64,000 nt of DNA from Pseudomonadota bacterium (GCA_021847345.1 JAJZTW010000003.1:38528-102527), one strand, 5' to 3'. Counted from the stretch's first letter, positions 38,604 through 49,344 are shown. The notes: a model not told the origin generated them from the sequence alone. Numbers and translations: made by a program.

Positions 38604-39752
38604 ATGCCCAAGCCCGCACGCGCCCCCATCGCCTGCCGCGCGGCCGCCAGCCGCCGCGTCGGGCACGCGCCTGCCGGCGCCGCCACGGCGCTGGCGGCCG
38701 CGCTGCTGCTGGCCGGCTGCGCCAGCGCGCCTCGCCGGGGCGAGGTGTCGATGCAGGCCCCCGTCAACGCGTCCACCGGCTGCTACGCTGCGCGCCCCAA
38801 TCCGCACGCCGCGTACAACCGGGACTACACCGTGCTCGGGCACAGCTATGCGCCGCTGCGCAGCGCCGCCGGCTACGAAGTCGATGGAACCGCGTCGTGG
38901 TACGGCTGGGAGTCCGGCAAGACCACGTCGATGGGCACGTACTTCAACCCTCGCGCCTTCACGGCCGCCAGCCGCGTGCTGCCGCTGCCCACCTGCGTGG
39001 AGGTGACGAACCTGCGCAACGGACGCAGCGCGCTGGTCCTGGTCAACGACCGCGGCCCCTTCGTCGACAGCCGGGTCATGGACCTGTCCTACGGCGCCGC
39101 CAAGGCGCTGGGAGTCACCGCCACCGGCACGGCCCCGGTGCGCATCGTGGCGCTGGCACACGGCCGTGTGCAGGACGCGCCGCCACCGGGCACAGCTCCC
39201 CCGGCCCCGGCGGAAGCGGTTCCGTCACCGGGCGTGGCGCCCCCGCAGACCCGCTTCCCACCCGAGCCGGTCGCGTCGCAGCCCGTGATGACTGCGCAGG
39301 GCGCGCCGGCGCAGGCGATGCAGGTCACGAGCCTGCCGCCACTGGGCGCCGAGCCGGCGCCCGCGGCGGGCACGTCGGGGCCGCAGGCCCCGGCCGACGA
39401 CGCCGTGGGCGCCTTGCTCGCCGACGCCTCGCCGGCCTCGCTGGCGGCCTCCGGCCCCGCGCCGACTCGCGCTGCGCCACCGCAGCCCGAGGCGCAGGCT
39501 CCCCTGCCGGCGGGAGCGCTGCAGACCTATGCGCAGACGGGCGCCTTCACCATCGAAGGCAACGCGCAACTCGAAGCCGATCGCCTGCGGCGCGCAGGAA
39601 TCGGCCCGGTGGAGGTGGTGCCGGGATACGTGCACGGGCGCACCTGGTACAAGGTGCAGATCGGCCCCCTCGGGGCCGATGCCGGGCTGCCCGGCCTGGC
39701 CCGCAAGCTCGCGCGCATCGGGCTGCGCAACTACACGCTGGTGCAGCAGTGA
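38604..39752 (+). CDS. rlpA: septal ring lytic transglycosylase RlpA (DPBB plus SPOR domains)
   Basis: Lipobox (LLLAGC), a DPBB region (GTASWYG...TCVEVTNLRNGRSALVLVNDRGP), a Pro/Ala linker and a C-terminal SPOR-like domain. Confidence 0.88.
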   Translation: MPKPARAPIACRAAASRRVGHAPAGAATALAAALLLAGCASAPRRGEVSMQAPVNASTGCYAARPNPHAAYNRDYTVLGHSYAPLRSAAGYEVDGTASWYGWESGKTTSMGTYFNPRAFTAASRVLPLPTCVEVTNLRNGRSALVLVNDRGPFVDSRVMDLSYGAAKALGVTATGTAPVRIVALAHGRVQDAPPPGTAPPAPAEAVPSPGVAPPQTRFPPEPVASQPVMTAQGAPAQAMQVTSLPPLGAEPAPAAGTSGPQAPADDAVGALLADASPASLAASGPAPTRAAPPQPEAQAPLPAGALQTYAQTGAFTIEGNAQLEADRLRRAGIGPVEVVPGYVHGRTWYKVQIGPLGADAGLPGLARKLARIGLRNYTLVQQ

Positions 39753-39777
39753 AGCCGCGCGCGGCCGCCCGCGCGCG

Positions 39778-40113
39778 TCAGCGCCCTCGATGCAGGCAGT
39801 GGCGCAGGAACTCCGCGCGCTGCGCGCCGGCCAGCGCCTGCTGGCGCGCCTGCGACTGGCAAAAGCGCATGCGCCATTGCTGGCGCCCGGCGTGTCTCCG
39901 CGGCGCAGGCCGCGCCCCGTACGCGGGGCCCAGGCAGGCGGGGCCACGCGGCCCCTTGCGCGGGTCCGCGTCGGGCGGGTAGGGGCATTGCGGACGCGGG
40001 CGCACCGGGTACTCCGCGGGCCACGCCGGCGAGCCGGCCAGCAGCGCCAGCCAGGCGCCCAGCATCCAGGCGGCGCGGCGCCTGCGCCGCGCATGCATCG
40101 GTGTCTTCTCCAT
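39778..40113 (-). CDS. small secreted protein with PsiF-like repeat
   Basis: Signal peptide (AAWMLGAWLALLAGSPAWPA) and a C-terminal CQSQARQQALAGAQRAEFLRHC that resembles the PsiF repeat. The start is ATG at 40113 or 40098; both have SD-like sequences. Confidence 0.5.
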   Translation of the reverse strand: MEKTPMHARRRRRAAWMLGAWLALLAGSPAWPAEYPVRPRPQCPYPPDADPRKGPRGPACLGPAYGARPAPRRHAGRQQWRMRFCQSQARQQALAGAQRAEFLRHCLHRGR

Positions 40114-40268
40114 CGGGCCTGCTCCCGCTCGCGACGCGAGCCTTGTGCGCCGCGGCACGCGCTCGCCACATCATGGGGCCATCTTAGAATGGGTCGCTTT
40201 GCCCTTGCCGGCCGCGGTGACCTGCGGCATGCGCCCGGCGCGCCATTGCCCGAATTTCCACGCCCATC

Positions 40269-42023
40269 ATGCGCGAATACCTCCTCAGGCTGAACGACAC
40301 CCTGGCCACGGCCGCCGCGCAACTCCTGCCGCAGGGCCAGGCCCTCGGCGCCGCCACCCTGCTCGAACGCCCGAAGGCCGCCGGACACGGCGATTTCTCC
40401 TGCACCCTGGCCCTGCAGCTGGCCAGGCGGGTCGGACGCGCGCCACGCGAGATCGGGCAGGCGCTGCTGGATGCCGTGCAGCGCGACACCGAGCTCGCCG
40501 CCGGGCTGCAGGCGGCCGAAATGGCGGGGCCGGGCTTCATCAACTTCACGCTGGCGCCTGCCATCAAGCACGGCATGGTGCATCGGATCATCGCCGACGG
40601 CGACGCCTATGGCCGGGCGGCCACCGACCCGAAGCGGCGCGTGCTGATCGAATTCGTCTCCGCCAACCCGACCGGCCCGCTGCACGTGGGCCATGGACGC
40701 CAGGGCGCGCTCGGGGACACGCTCGCCGAGCTCATGGCCACGCAGGGCTGGAGCGTGACCCGCGAGTTCTACTACAACGACGCCGGGGTGCAGATCGCCA
40801 ACCTGGCCGTGTCGGTGCAGGCGCGCGCGCGCGGGCTGGCTCCGGGCCGGCCCGGCTGGCCGGAAGCCGCCTACAACGGCGACTACATCGCCGACATCGC
40901 TCGCGAGTACCTGGCGCGGGCGACCGTGCAGGCAGCCGACGGGCAGGCCGTGCGCGGCGCCGGAGACGCCGACGACCTGGAGTCCATCCGCGCCTTCGCG
41001 GTCGCCTACCTGCGGCGCGAACAGGACATCGACCTGAAGGCCTTCGGCATCGCTTTCGACAACTACTACCTCGAATCCAGCCTGTACAGCGACGGTCGCG
41101 TGCAGGAGGCGGTGCACGCGCTGGTCACGGCCGGGCACACCTACGAGGCGGACGGCGCCCTGTGGCTGCGTACGACCGAGTTCGGCGACGACAAGGACCG
41201 CGTGATGCGCAAGTCCGACGGCAGCTACACCTACTTCGTGCCCGACGTCGCCTATCACCTGGCCAAATGGGAACGGGGCTTCCATCACGCCATCAACATC
41301 CAGGGCTCGGACCACCACGGCACCATCGCCCGCGTGCGCGCAGGGCTGCGCGGCGCCGATCCGGCCATCCCCGAGGGCTACCCGCAATACGTGCTGCACA
41401 AGATGGTCACCGTCATGCGCGGCGGCCAGGAGGTGAAGATCTCCAAGCGCGCGGGCAGCTATGTCACGCTGCGCGACCTCATCGAGTGGTCGGGCGGCGT
41501 GCGCGACGAACTCGACGAGCCGGCGCGCGAGCAGGCGCTGCGCCGCGGACGCGACGCGGTGCGCTTTTTCCTGGTCTCGCGAAAGGCCGACACCGAATTC
41601 GTGTTCGACGTGGATCTGGCGCTGGCGCAAAGCGACGACAACCCCGTGTATTACGTGCAGTACGCGCACGCGCGCATCTGCTCGGTGCTGGCGCAGTGGG
41701 CCGAGCGCGACGGTGGTCGCGCCGAACAGCTCGTCGGCTGCGATCTCTCCGCGCTGACCCATGCGCGCGAGCTGGAACTGATCATGTTGCTGGCGCAATA
41801 CCCCGATATGCTGCGCCAGGCCGCCGCCGACCTCAGCCCGCACGACGTCGCCTTCTACCTGCGCCAGCTGGCGGCGAGCGTGCACGGCTACTACAACGCC
41901 GAACGGGTGCTGGTCGACGACCCGGCGCTCAAGCACGCGCGCCTGGCACTGCTGCTGGCGGCGCGCCAGGTGTTGCACAATGCCCTTTGCGTGCTGGGAG
42001 TCAGCAGCCCGCAGCGCATGTGA
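40269..42023 (+). CDS. argS: arginine--tRNA ligase
   Basis: 584 aa with the class-I HIGH-type motif ([11 protein letters not shown]), the ArgRS C-terminal anticodon-binding region and a terminal M. Confidence 0.93.
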   Translation: MREYLLRLNDTLATAAAQLLPQGQALGAATLLERPKAAGHGDFSCTLALQLARRVGRAPREIGQALLDAVQRDTELAAGLQAAEMAGPGFINFTLAPAIKHGMVHRIIADGDAYGRAATDPKRRVLIEFVSANPTGPLHVGHGRQGALGDTLAELMATQGWSVTREFYYNDAGVQIANLAVSVQARARGLAPGRPGWPEAAYNGDYIADIAREYLARATVQAADGQAVRGAGDADDLESIRAFAVAYLRREQDIDLKAFGIAFDNYYLESSLYSDGRVQEAVHALVTAGHTYEADGALWLRTTEFGDDKDRVMRKSDGSYTYFVPDVAYHLAKWERGFHHAINIQGSDHHGTIARVRAGLRGADPAIPEGYPQYVLHKMVTVMRGGQEVKISKRAGSYVTLRDLIEWSGGVRDELDEPAREQALRRGRDAVRFFLVSRKADTEFVFDVDLALAQSDDNPVYYVQYAHARICSVLAQWAERDGGRAEQLVGCDLSALTHARELELIMLLAQYPDMLRQAAADLSPHDVAFYLRQLAASVHGYYNAERVLVDDPALKHARLALLLAARQVLHNALCVLGVSSPQRM

Positions 42024-42082
42024 CCAGGGCGCGGCAACGCGCAGCCGCGAGCCCGCGCCCCCAAGCACTTTCCCGACCCACC

Positions 42083-42748
42083 ATGCCACGTTCCTCCCGC
42101 ACCTCCCGCCCCCAGGCCAACACGCAACGCGGCGGCACGCTGCTCGGCGTGATCATCGGCCTGGTGCTCGGGCTGGCCATCGCCCTGGCGGCGGCCGTCT
42201 ACATGAACCGGGCCTCGCTGCCCTTCATGAACCGCTACCAGCAGCGCCCGGCGAGCGCGGCTTCCGAGGCCCCCAACTGGAAGCCCAACGCCGGGCTCAG
42301 CGGCGCGGCGGCGCCGCCGGCGGCGGTGGCCGGCGGCGAGCAGCCCGGGCATGTCGCCAGCGCCCCGCTGACGCCGCGCGCGATCGAGTCGCTGGCCGTG
42401 CCCGCCAAGGGCATCCTCGGAGCCCAGGGCGCCACCGGGGGCGGGCCGGCGCCCTCGCTGCCGAGCACGTCCACGGCGGCCAGCGCCAGCGCAGCGGCGC
42501 CGGGGGTTCCGGGAGTGCAATACATCGTGCAGATCGGCGCCTACAGCCAGCGCGCCGACGCGGAATCCCAGCGCGCCAAGGTGGCGCTGACCGGACTGGA
42601 GGCCCACCTCGACGAGCGCGCCGTCGGCGGGCGCACGCTGTGGCGGGTGCGCGTGGGCCCCTACCCGACGGCGCAACAGGCCGACCAGGCGCAGAAGACC
42701 CTGAGCCAGAATGGAATCGGCTCCGCGGTGGTGCGCGTGGCGCCCTGA
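42083..42748 (+). CDS. SPOR domain-containing membrane protein (FtsN-like)
   Basis: It has an N-terminal TM helix (TLLGVIIGLVLGLAIALAAAVY) and a low-complexity linker. The C-terminus is a SPOR domain (YIVQIGAYSQRADAESQRAKV...LWRVRVGPY). Confidence 0.8.
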   Translation: MPRSSRTSRPQANTQRGGTLLGVIIGLVLGLAIALAAAVYMNRASLPFMNRYQQRPASAASEAPNWKPNAGLSGAAAPPAAVAGGEQPGHVASAPLTPRAIESLAVPAKGILGAQGATGGGPAPSLPSTSTAASASAAAPGVPGVQYIVQIGAYSQRADAESQRAKVALTGLEAHLDERAVGGRTLWRVRVGPYPTAQQADQAQKTLSQNGIGSAVVRVAP

Positions 42749-42845
42749 GCCGGGTATCCGCGAGTTTCTGATGCGAGCGGCGGTAACCGAGGTCGACCTC
42801 CGCTCGCTGTCGAGCGTTCATGACCCATACGGATGGAAAGGAAGC

Positions 42846-43496
42846 ATGATGATTCGCTGGTTGATTCGTCTCGCCGCCGTGGCGCTGCTGGGTGTTCAGA
42901 TCGGTGCGCACGCCGCTCCTGTCACGCTGACCGAAGGCCAGGGCTATCAGCGCCTGGCGGTACCGCAACCGGTCAGCCCGCAGGGCAAGATCGTGGTCAC
43001 CGAGTTCTTCTGGTACAACTGCCCGCATTGCGCGGCGATGGAGCCGCTGTTCGAGGCGTGGGCCAGGAAGCAGCCGTCGGACGTGGTGATCGAGCGTGTG
43101 CCGGTGGCCTTCGCTCCCCAGTTCGTGGCGCAGCAAAAGCTCTACTACGCGCTCAAGGCGCTGGGCAAGGTGCAGCAGCTGCAGGGAGCCATCTTCGACG
43201 CGATCCACCAGCAGCACATCACGCTGATGACCTCCGAACAGATGGCCAACTGGCTGCAGTCGCACGGAGTGCCGCGCAAGACCTTCCTCGCCGCGTTCAA
43301 CTCCTTCGGCGTGCAGATGGACGCCAAGCGCGCCACGCAGATGGTCAACGACTACCAGATCAGCGGCGTGCCCACGCTGGCCGTGCAGGGAACCTACCTG
43401 CTTTCGGCGTCGATGCCCGAGACGCCGAGCAACCCGCAGGTGCTGCAGGGAGTCGACTCGATGATCGCCAAGGTGCGCGCCAGCATGAAGCATTGA
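42846..43496 (+). CDS. dsbA: thiol:disulfide interchange protein DsbA
   Basis: Signal peptide and the active site FFWYNCPHC. GGAAAGGAAG precedes the ATG. Confidence 0.9.
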   Translation: MMIRWLIRLAAVALLGVQIGAHAAPVTLTEGQGYQRLAVPQPVSPQGKIVVTEFFWYNCPHCAAMEPLFEAWARKQPSDVVIERVPVAFAPQFVAQQKLYYALKALGKVQQLQGAIFDAIHQQHITLMTSEQMANWLQSHGVPRKTFLAAFNSFGVQMDAKRATQMVNDYQISGVPTLAVQGTYLLSASMPETPSNPQVLQGVDSMIAKVRASMKH

Positions 43497-43535
43497 CGGG
43501 CTCGGCGGGCGCTTCGCGCCACGCTTGCGACAGCC

Positions 43536-43565
43536 AAGCCCGCCCCAGGCGGGCTTTCTTTTTGG
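43536..43565 (+). terminator. rho-independent terminator after dsbA
   Basis: AAGCCCGCC / GGCGGGCTT stem followed by TCTTTTTGG. Confidence 0.75.
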
Positions 43566-43589
43566 ACAACCCGCTTGCGTGCCTACAAT
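43562..43589 (+). promoter_or_regulatory. candidate sigma70 promoter for lptA
   Basis: TTGGAC, a 16-nt spacer, then TACAAT. It lies just upstream of the lptA start codons. Confidence 0.35.
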
Positions 43590-43596
43590 GCACGCC

Positions 43597-44244
43597 ATGA
43601 AAGCAAAGTTCGTGCCGATGAAGCGCGCGCTGGTGCTGCGGGGCGTGGCGCTGCTGCTGTCCTTGCTGCTCGGCGCGCCGTTCGCGCAGGCCCTGCAATC
43701 CGACCGCAAGCAGCCGCTCAACGTGGTGGCCGGCGCGATGCACTACGACGACATCGCGCAGGCCACGGTGTTCACCGGCGGCGTGGTCATGACCAAGGGC
43801 TCGCTGGTGCTGCACGCGCAGAGGGTGCGGGTGCGCCAGCATGCCGACGGCTACGACGAAGCCACCGCGTACGGCAGCGCGAGCCAGCCGGCGACCTTCG
43901 ACCAGACCCTCGATGCCGCGCCCGGCCAGCCGGTGCCGACGGTGCACGGCAGCGCGCTCACGCTGCATTACGACGGACGCACCGATATCGTCACGCTGAC
44001 CGGGCAGGCCCTGCTGGAGCGCTCGCTGGACGGCCACCTCAGCGACCGGGCGCAGGGCGCCGTGATCACCTACAACGATCTGACCGACGTGTTCAACGTG
44101 CAGGCCGGCAAGGCCGGCGCCACGCCGGGCAATCCCCAGGGGCGGGTGCGGGTCATGCTGTCGCCGCGGGCGGCGGCGCCAAGCCCCCCGGCAGCGAGCA
44201 CTCCGGCGCTGCGCAGTTCCACGAGGCTGGAGCCGCGCAAGTGA
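43597..44244 (+). CDS. lptA: lipopolysaccharide transport periplasmic protein LptA
   Basis: It has a signal peptide and OstA-like beta-jellyroll sequence. It is followed by lptB with a GTGA overlap. The start could be 43588, 43597 or 43618. Confidence 0.8.
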   Translation: MKAKFVPMKRALVLRGVALLLSLLLGAPFAQALQSDRKQPLNVVAGAMHYDDIAQATVFTGGVVMTKGSLVLHAQRVRVRQHADGYDEATAYGSASQPATFDQTLDAAPGQPVPTVHGSALTLHYDGRTDIVTLTGQALLERSLDGHLSDRAQGAVITYNDLTDVFNVQAGKAGATPGNPQGRVRVMLSPRAAAPSPPAASTPALRSSTRLEPRK

Positions 44245-45023
44245 ACGAGGCGGGCGGGATCCGGGATCGCGCGGCCGATGCCGCCGGCCTGCTCAGCGTG
44301 CGCCGGCTGCAAAAGCGCTACGGCGGCCGCAAGGTGGTGCGCGACGTCAGTTTCGACGTGCGCAGCGGGGAGGTCGTCGGACTGCTCGGGCCCAACGGCG
44401 CCGGCAAGACCACCTCCTTCTACATGATCGTCGGGCTGGTGCGCGCCGACGGCGGACAGATCCACCTCGACGGGCGCGACATCTCGCAGCTGCCGATGTA
44501 CCGGCGCGCCCGCCTGGGGCTGTCGTACCTGCCGCAGGAGGCCTCGATCTTCCGCGGCCTGACGGTGGCCGAGAACGTGCGCGCGGTGCTCGAGCTCCAG
44601 CGCGACGCGAACGGCCGCGCACCCGGGCGCGAGCTCATCGAGCAACGCCTGGGCCAGCTGCTGCGCGAGCTGCATGTCGAGCATCTTGCCGACACGCCGG
44701 CGCCGGCGTTGTCCGGCGGCGAGCGCAGGCGCGTGGAAATCGCCAGGGCGCTCGCCACCGATCCGCAGTTCATCCTGCTCGACGAACCATTCGCGGGCGT
44801 GGACCCGATCGCGGTGATCGAGATCCAGCGCATCGTGCAATTCCTGAAGTCGCGCGGAATCGGTGTGCTCATCACCGACCACAATGTGCGCGAGACGCTG
44901 GGCATCTGCGATCACGCGTGCATCATCAGCGAAGGCAGCGTGCTCGCGGTCGGGCGGCCGCAGGAGATCGTCGAGAACCCTGCCGTGCGCAAGGTGTACC
45001 TTGGAGAGAGCTTCCGGCTCTGA
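44241..45023 (+). CDS. lptB: LPS export ABC transporter ATP-binding protein LptB
   Basis: GTG start at 44241. Walker A (GPNGAGKTT), [15 protein letters not shown] and [12 protein letters not shown] are present, with the C-terminus [12 protein letters not shown]. Confidence 0.93.
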   Translation: MNEAGGIRDRAADAAGLLSVRRLQKRYGGRKVVRDVSFDVRSGEVVGLLGPNGAGKTTSFYMIVGLVRADGGQIHLDGRDISQLPMYRRARLGLSYLPQEASIFRGLTVAENVRAVLELQRDANGRAPGRELIEQRLGQLLRELHVEHLADTPAPALSGGERRRVEIARALATDPQFILLDEPFAGVDPIAVIEIQRIVQFLKSRGIGVLITDHNVRETLGICDHACIISEGSVLAVGRPQEIVENPAVRKVYLGESFRL

Positions 45024-45033
45024 ATTCGCGGTG

Positions 45034-46635
45034 ATGAAGCAGTCGTTGAACCTGAGGTTGTCGCAGCACCTTGCGCTGACGCCGCAGCTGCAGCAATCCA
45101 TTCGCCTGCTGCAGCTGTCCACGCTGGAACTGCAGCAGGAAGTCGAGCAGATGCTCGAGCTCAACCCCTTCCTGGAGCCCGACGACGAGCCTGGCGAAGC
45201 GGGCGAGGCGGGCGGCGGGGGCGAAGCGGCCGAGGCAGGCGCCGCGGCCGAGGCGGCCGCGCCCGAGCAGGCGTCGGAGCCCGCGGCGCAGGCCGGGGAA
45301 TACGCTGGCGAAGCGGCGTCCGCGAGCAGCGACGCGCCCGCGGCCGAAGCGGCCGCGGAAGCCCCGGAGCTGCGCCTGGACGCCGAGGACTGGCGCAACG
45401 GCGCGCAAAGCGCCGACCCGGCCGAGAACACGCAGGCCGCCGAGCCCGGCGAAGGCGCCGAATGGGACGAAGCCAGCGCCGGCAGCTGGCAGTCCGGCGG
45501 CGACGCCGACGATGAATTCGACCCGCTGGGCCTGGCCCACGTCGCGCAGGACCTGCGCGCCTACCTGCGCTCGCAGCTTGCCGGGCGCAGCCTGTCCGTG
45601 CAGGACCGCGTGGCGGCCGAGGCGATCATCGACTCGCTGGACGACGACGGCTACCTGGCCGAGGATCCGGAGCAACTGGCCGGGGAGCTGGCGCCGCACA
45701 GCACCGACGACGATCGCCAGGCGCTGGGCGAAGCACTGCGCGTGGGCCTGCGCCTGGTGCAGAGCTTCGATCCGGCAGGCGTCGGCGCTGCCAACCTGGC
45801 CGAGTGCATGCGCCTGCAACTGCTGCGCCTGCCGGCCGACGCCACGCGCGAGCTGGCGCTGGCGCTTTGCACCCCGCAGCACCTGGAGCTGCTGTCCAAG
45901 CGCGACTGGAAGCGCCTCGGGCGCGCTCTGCAGGCCGACGAGACGGCGCTGCGGGCGGCGCAGCAATGCATCGCCCGGCTCGACCCGCGCCCGGGCGCGA
46001 GGTTTTCCGCGCAGGCCGCGCACAGCGTGGTGCCCGACGTGATCGCGCAGCGCATGGGCAAGCGCTGGCGCGCGGTGCTCAACCCCGAGGTCATGCCACG
46101 CCTTCGCATTCACTCGCTGTACGCCGAACTGCTGCGGCGTGCGCGCGACGGCAACGGCCTGTCCGGCCAGCTGCAGGAAGCGCGCTGGTTCGTGCGCAAC
46201 GTACAGCAGCGCTTCGAGACCATCGAGCGCGTGGCCCAGGCGGTGGTGGAACGCCAGCAGGCCTTCTTCACCGACGGCGAGCTGGGAATGCGCCCGCTGG
46301 TGCTGCGCGAGATCGCCGACGAACTGGGCCTGCACGAGTCGACGATCTCGCGCGTGACCACGCAGAAGTACCTTCTCACTCCGCGCGGCACCTTCGAGCT
46401 CAAGTACTTCTTCGGCTCGGGCCTGTCGACCGACAGCGGCGCCAGCGCGTCCAGCACCGCGGTTCGCGCGCTGATCCGCGGCATGGTGCAGCAGGAGAAC
46501 CCGGCCTCGCCGCTGTCCGACGGGGAGATTGCCGAACGTCTGTCGGCGCAGGGCATCAGCGTGGCCCGGCGCACCGTGGCCAAGTACCGCGAGGCGCTGC
46601 GCATTCCTCCCACCGCGCAGCGCAAGGCGGTTTGA
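45034..46635 (+). CDS. rpoN: RNA polymerase sigma-54 factor
   Basis: The product starts MKQSLNLRLSQHLALTPQLQQSIRLLQLSTLEL and has acidic region II. The RpoN box (ARRTVAKYR) lies near the C-terminus. Confidence 0.96.
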   Translation: MKQSLNLRLSQHLALTPQLQQSIRLLQLSTLELQQEVEQMLELNPFLEPDDEPGEAGEAGGGGEAAEAGAAAEAAAPEQASEPAAQAGEYAGEAASASSDAPAAEAAAEAPELRLDAEDWRNGAQSADPAENTQAAEPGEGAEWDEASAGSWQSGGDADDEFDPLGLAHVAQDLRAYLRSQLAGRSLSVQDRVAAEAIIDSLDDDGYLAEDPEQLAGELAPHSTDDDRQALGEALRVGLRLVQSFDPAGVGAANLAECMRLQLLRLPADATRELALALCTPQHLELLSKRDWKRLGRALQADETALRAAQQCIARLDPRPGARFSAQAAHSVVPDVIAQRMGKRWRAVLNPEVMPRLRIHSLYAELLRRARDGNGLSGQLQEARWFVRNVQQRFETIERVAQAVVERQQAFFTDGELGMRPLVLREIADELGLHESTISRVTTQKYLLTPRGTFELKYFFGSGLSTDSGASASSTAVRALIRGMVQQENPASPLSDGEIAERLSAQGISVARRTVAKYREALRIPPTAQRKAV

Positions 46636-46654
46636 GCCAGGCGCCGGGCGCGGC

Positions 46655-47170
46655 TCAGCCGAGCTCGCGGATGCGCCGCAGCAACGTGGTCGTCGAGCGC
46701 CCCTCGACGAAGTCCAGCGCCTGTGCGCGGCCTCCCCACGAACGCACCAGCGCGGCCTCGGGCAGGCTCTCCATGTCGTAGTCTCCCCCCTTGACGTAGA
46801 CGTCCGGGCGCACCTGCCCGAGCAGCGCCAGCGGCGTGCTTTCGTCGAACAGCACCACCAGGTCGACGCTTTGCAGTCCCGCCAGCACCAGCGCGCGGTC
46901 GTCCTGCGGGTTCAACGGCCGCTCGGGGCCCTTGCCCAGCGTGCGCACCGACGCGTCGGAATTGAGCCCCACCAGCAGGCTGGCGCCGAGCGCCCGAGCC
47001 CGGGCCAGGTAGGTCACGTGGCCGCGGTGCAGGATGTCGAACACGCCGTTGGTGAACACCAGCGGGCGCGCCAGGCGGGGCAGGGCCGAGGGCAGGCGCT
47101 CGCGCGCGCAGACCTTGCCCATCAGCGCGCTCAGCGCATCGCCCGGGCAGTCGTCGGAAGGAACTGGCAT
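46655..47170 (-). CDS. hldC: D-glycero-beta-D-manno-heptose 1-phosphate adenylyltransferase (RfaE domain II / HldC)
   Basis: 171 aa with the cytidylyltransferase motif FTNGVFDILHRGHVTYL. ATG at 47170. Confidence 0.85.
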   Translation of the reverse strand: MPVPSDDCPGDALSALMGKVCARERLPSALPRLARPLVFTNGVFDILHRGHVTYLARARALGASLLVGLNSDASVRTLGKGPERPLNPQDDRALVLAGLQSVDLVVLFDESTPLALLGQVRPDVYVKGGDYDMESLPEAALVRSWGGRAQALDFVEGRSTTTLLRRIRELG

Positions 47171-47319
47171 GCGGCGGATTGTCGCAGACCCGTACACTCC
47201 CACAGGCTTGCGATCGACCCACACGGAGACTCGCAAGGCGCAAAACAGGCGCAAACGGAACAATGAGTACCATATAACGACGTTTCGAGCCGACGCGCCC
47301 AACACATCCGTTTCCTTTC

Positions 47320-48708
47320 ATGCCTGATTCGAGTTCTTCGTCGCGCCTGCAGGCGCAGCTCTGCGATGTCGCGGCGCGGCTTCGCAATGGTCTCGACCCC
47401 ATGGTGCCGATGCTGGTCGTCGGCGCGCTGGTCGGGTTGATCAGCGCACTGGCCGTCGAGGGCTTTCGGCAGGGCATGTACCTGGTGATGCGCTTGTACA
47501 CCCACGAGCAGCACCTGGTCGCAGCCGCCGAGGGCCTGCCGCTTTGGGCCCGCGCGCTGGTGCCGCCGGCGGCGGCGGTGGCCGGCGGCCTGATCATGTG
47601 GGCCGGCCAGCGCTGGATCCGGCGCCCGCGCGGCCCGGAATACATGGAAGCCGTTCGCGTGGGCGACGGCCGCCTGCCGCTGGCTCCCAACCTGGTGCGC
47701 ACCGGCTCGTCGCTGGTCGCGGTCAGCGGAGGCATCACCATCGGCCGCGAAGGCACGATGATCCAGTTCGCTGCGCTGATCTCGTCGATCATCGGGCGCA
47801 TCGGGCGCGCCGACACCTCGCACCAGCGCCTGATCGTGGCCTGCGGCGCGGCCGCCGGCTTCGCCAGCGCCTACCACGCGCCGATCGCCGGCACGATGTT
47901 CGTGGCCGAGATCATTCTCGGCGGGCTGGAACTGCGCGAAATCGCCGCGGTGCTGGTCGCCGCGGTGATCGGCGAGCTGACCACGCAGAGCCTGTTCGCG
48001 ACGGGGGCGCTGTACCTCGCGCCGCATGTGCCGCCGGTGAGTTTCGTCGACCTGGTCGACGCGTCGCTGCTGGGCCTGCTGGCCGGCGTGCTGGGCCCGC
48101 TGTTCCTGTGGCTGCTCGACACGTCGCGCCGCGCCTGGCAGGCGCGCGTGAGCTGGCTGCCGCTGCGCATGGGGTTGGCCGGTGCGCTGATCGGGCTGCT
48201 GGCGCTGCTGCGCCCGGAGGTCTGGGGCAATGGTTTCAGCACCGTGCAGTCGCTGCTGGTACACCACTGGGCGTTGAGCTCGCTGGCGCTGGTGTTCGTG
48301 CTGCGCCTGGCCGCGGTGACCGCGGCCAGCGCGGCAGGCATCCCCGGCGGCGTGCTCACGCCCACGCTGGCGCTGGGGGGCATCCTGGGGCTGATGGTCT
48401 CCCATCTGATGCTTGTTCCCGACGCCAGCCATTCGCAGGCCCTGTGGACCCTGGTCGGCATGGGCAGCCTGCTGGCTGCGACCACCCACGCGCCCGCGAT
48501 GTCGGCCATCATGATGTTCGAGGTCACCCACAACTACAACGTCGTGATGGCGGCGATGCCCGCCTGCGTGATCGGCTCGGTGATCGGCAGCCTGTTGCGC
48601 CACCGCTCGGTGTATGCCGAGGCCCTGGGACTGCGCGAAGCGGCCGAATCGCAGGGCGTCGAAGCTGCCCCCGAGGCCGCCACGGCGCAGGGCGGCACGA
48701 ATCATTGA
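47320..48708 (+). CDS. ClC-family anion channel/antiporter (non-canonical filter motifs)
   Basis: 462 aa and polytopic. It has GREGT where GREGP is canonical, and GIPGGVLTP where GGIFAP is canonical. The central Tyr context is HNYN. The GSGIP position reads PRGPE. Confidence 0.85.
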   Translation: MPDSSSSSRLQAQLCDVAARLRNGLDPMVPMLVVGALVGLISALAVEGFRQGMYLVMRLYTHEQHLVAAAEGLPLWARALVPPAAAVAGGLIMWAGQRWIRRPRGPEYMEAVRVGDGRLPLAPNLVRTGSSLVAVSGGITIGREGTMIQFAALISSIIGRIGRADTSHQRLIVACGAAAGFASAYHAPIAGTMFVAEIILGGLELREIAAVLVAAVIGELTTQSLFATGALYLAPHVPPVSFVDLVDASLLGLLAGVLGPLFLWLLDTSRRAWQARVSWLPLRMGLAGALIGLLALLRPEVWGNGFSTVQSLLVHHWALSSLALVFVLRLAAVTAASAAGIPGGVLTPTLALGGILGLMVSHLMLVPDASHSQALWTLVGMGSLLAATTHAPAMSAIMMFEVTHNYNVVMAAMPACVIGSVIGSLLRHRSVYAEALGLREAAESQGVEAAPEAATAQGGTNH

Positions 48709-48995
48709 CGGAAGTTGGCGCTGATTTTGCGCGATTTCAATGATGAAGCCGAAAAAAACCTGCAAGATGCCCAGGGCTGCGGGAGCCGCCCTGCGGCCCT
48801 GCTGAGCTCGGCGCGCGGGCCATCCCTGGCCTGCTTGCTTTTGGTTCGCGGCGGGCGCACACTGGCATCGCCGGGTTCGCGAACGTCCCGCGGGACTCCA
48901 TCCAGCCCCGAGGGCGCTCGACCGACACATGCCGGCATCGGCGAATCCCGGGCCAAACCTGCAACCAACCGTTTCACACGAATCAGGAGGGATTC

Positions 48996-49331
48996 ATGAA
49001 CCTGACCATCAGCGGCCACCACATGGAAGTCACCCCTGCGCTTCGCAGCTACGTGGAATCCAAGCTGCACCGGGTCACGCGACACTCCGATCAACTGATC
49101 AGCGTCAACGTGCTGCTGTCGGTGGAAAAGCAAAAGGAGAAGGAGCGCCGGCAGAAGGCCGAATGCAATCTGCAACTCAAGGGGCGCAACATCTTCGCCG
49201 AGAGCCAGGACCAGGATCTGTACGCAGCCATCGACGAACTCGTCGACAAGATCGACCGGCAGGTGGTCGAACACAAGAACCGTACCCGAGCGCACCAGGC
49301 CGTGCCGGGCAAGCTCCTGGCCGAATCCTGA
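48996..49331 (+). CDS. hpf: ribosome hibernation promoting factor
   Basis: 111 aa starting [26 protein letters not shown] precedes the ATG. Confidence 0.93.
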   Translation: MNLTISGHHMEVTPALRSYVESKLHRVTRHSDQLISVNVLLSVEKQKEKERRQKAECNLQLKGRNIFAESQDQDLYAAIDELVDKIDRQVVEHKNRTRAHQAVPGKLLAES

Positions 49332-49344
49332 GCCAGCACGCATC

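Noticed and set aside
47171-47319. A possible fluoride (crcB-motif) riboswitch upstream of the ClC gene.
   Set aside because: I could not find the conserved GGCGAUG...CUGAUG core elements that I remember from the motif. The ClC filter residues also do not match the CLC-F pattern as I recall it. A cmscan would be decisive.
48715-48999. A 94-aa ORF (TTG start; [17 protein letters not shown]...) between the ClC gene and hpf, and a possible sigma-54 promoter for hpf (TGGCATCGCCGGGTTCGC).
   Set aside because: After the first roughly 20 codons the ORF becomes Arg/Gly/Ser/Pro junk, and its end overlaps the hpf start. In the promoter candidate the GG-to-GC spacing is 15 nt rather than 12 nt.
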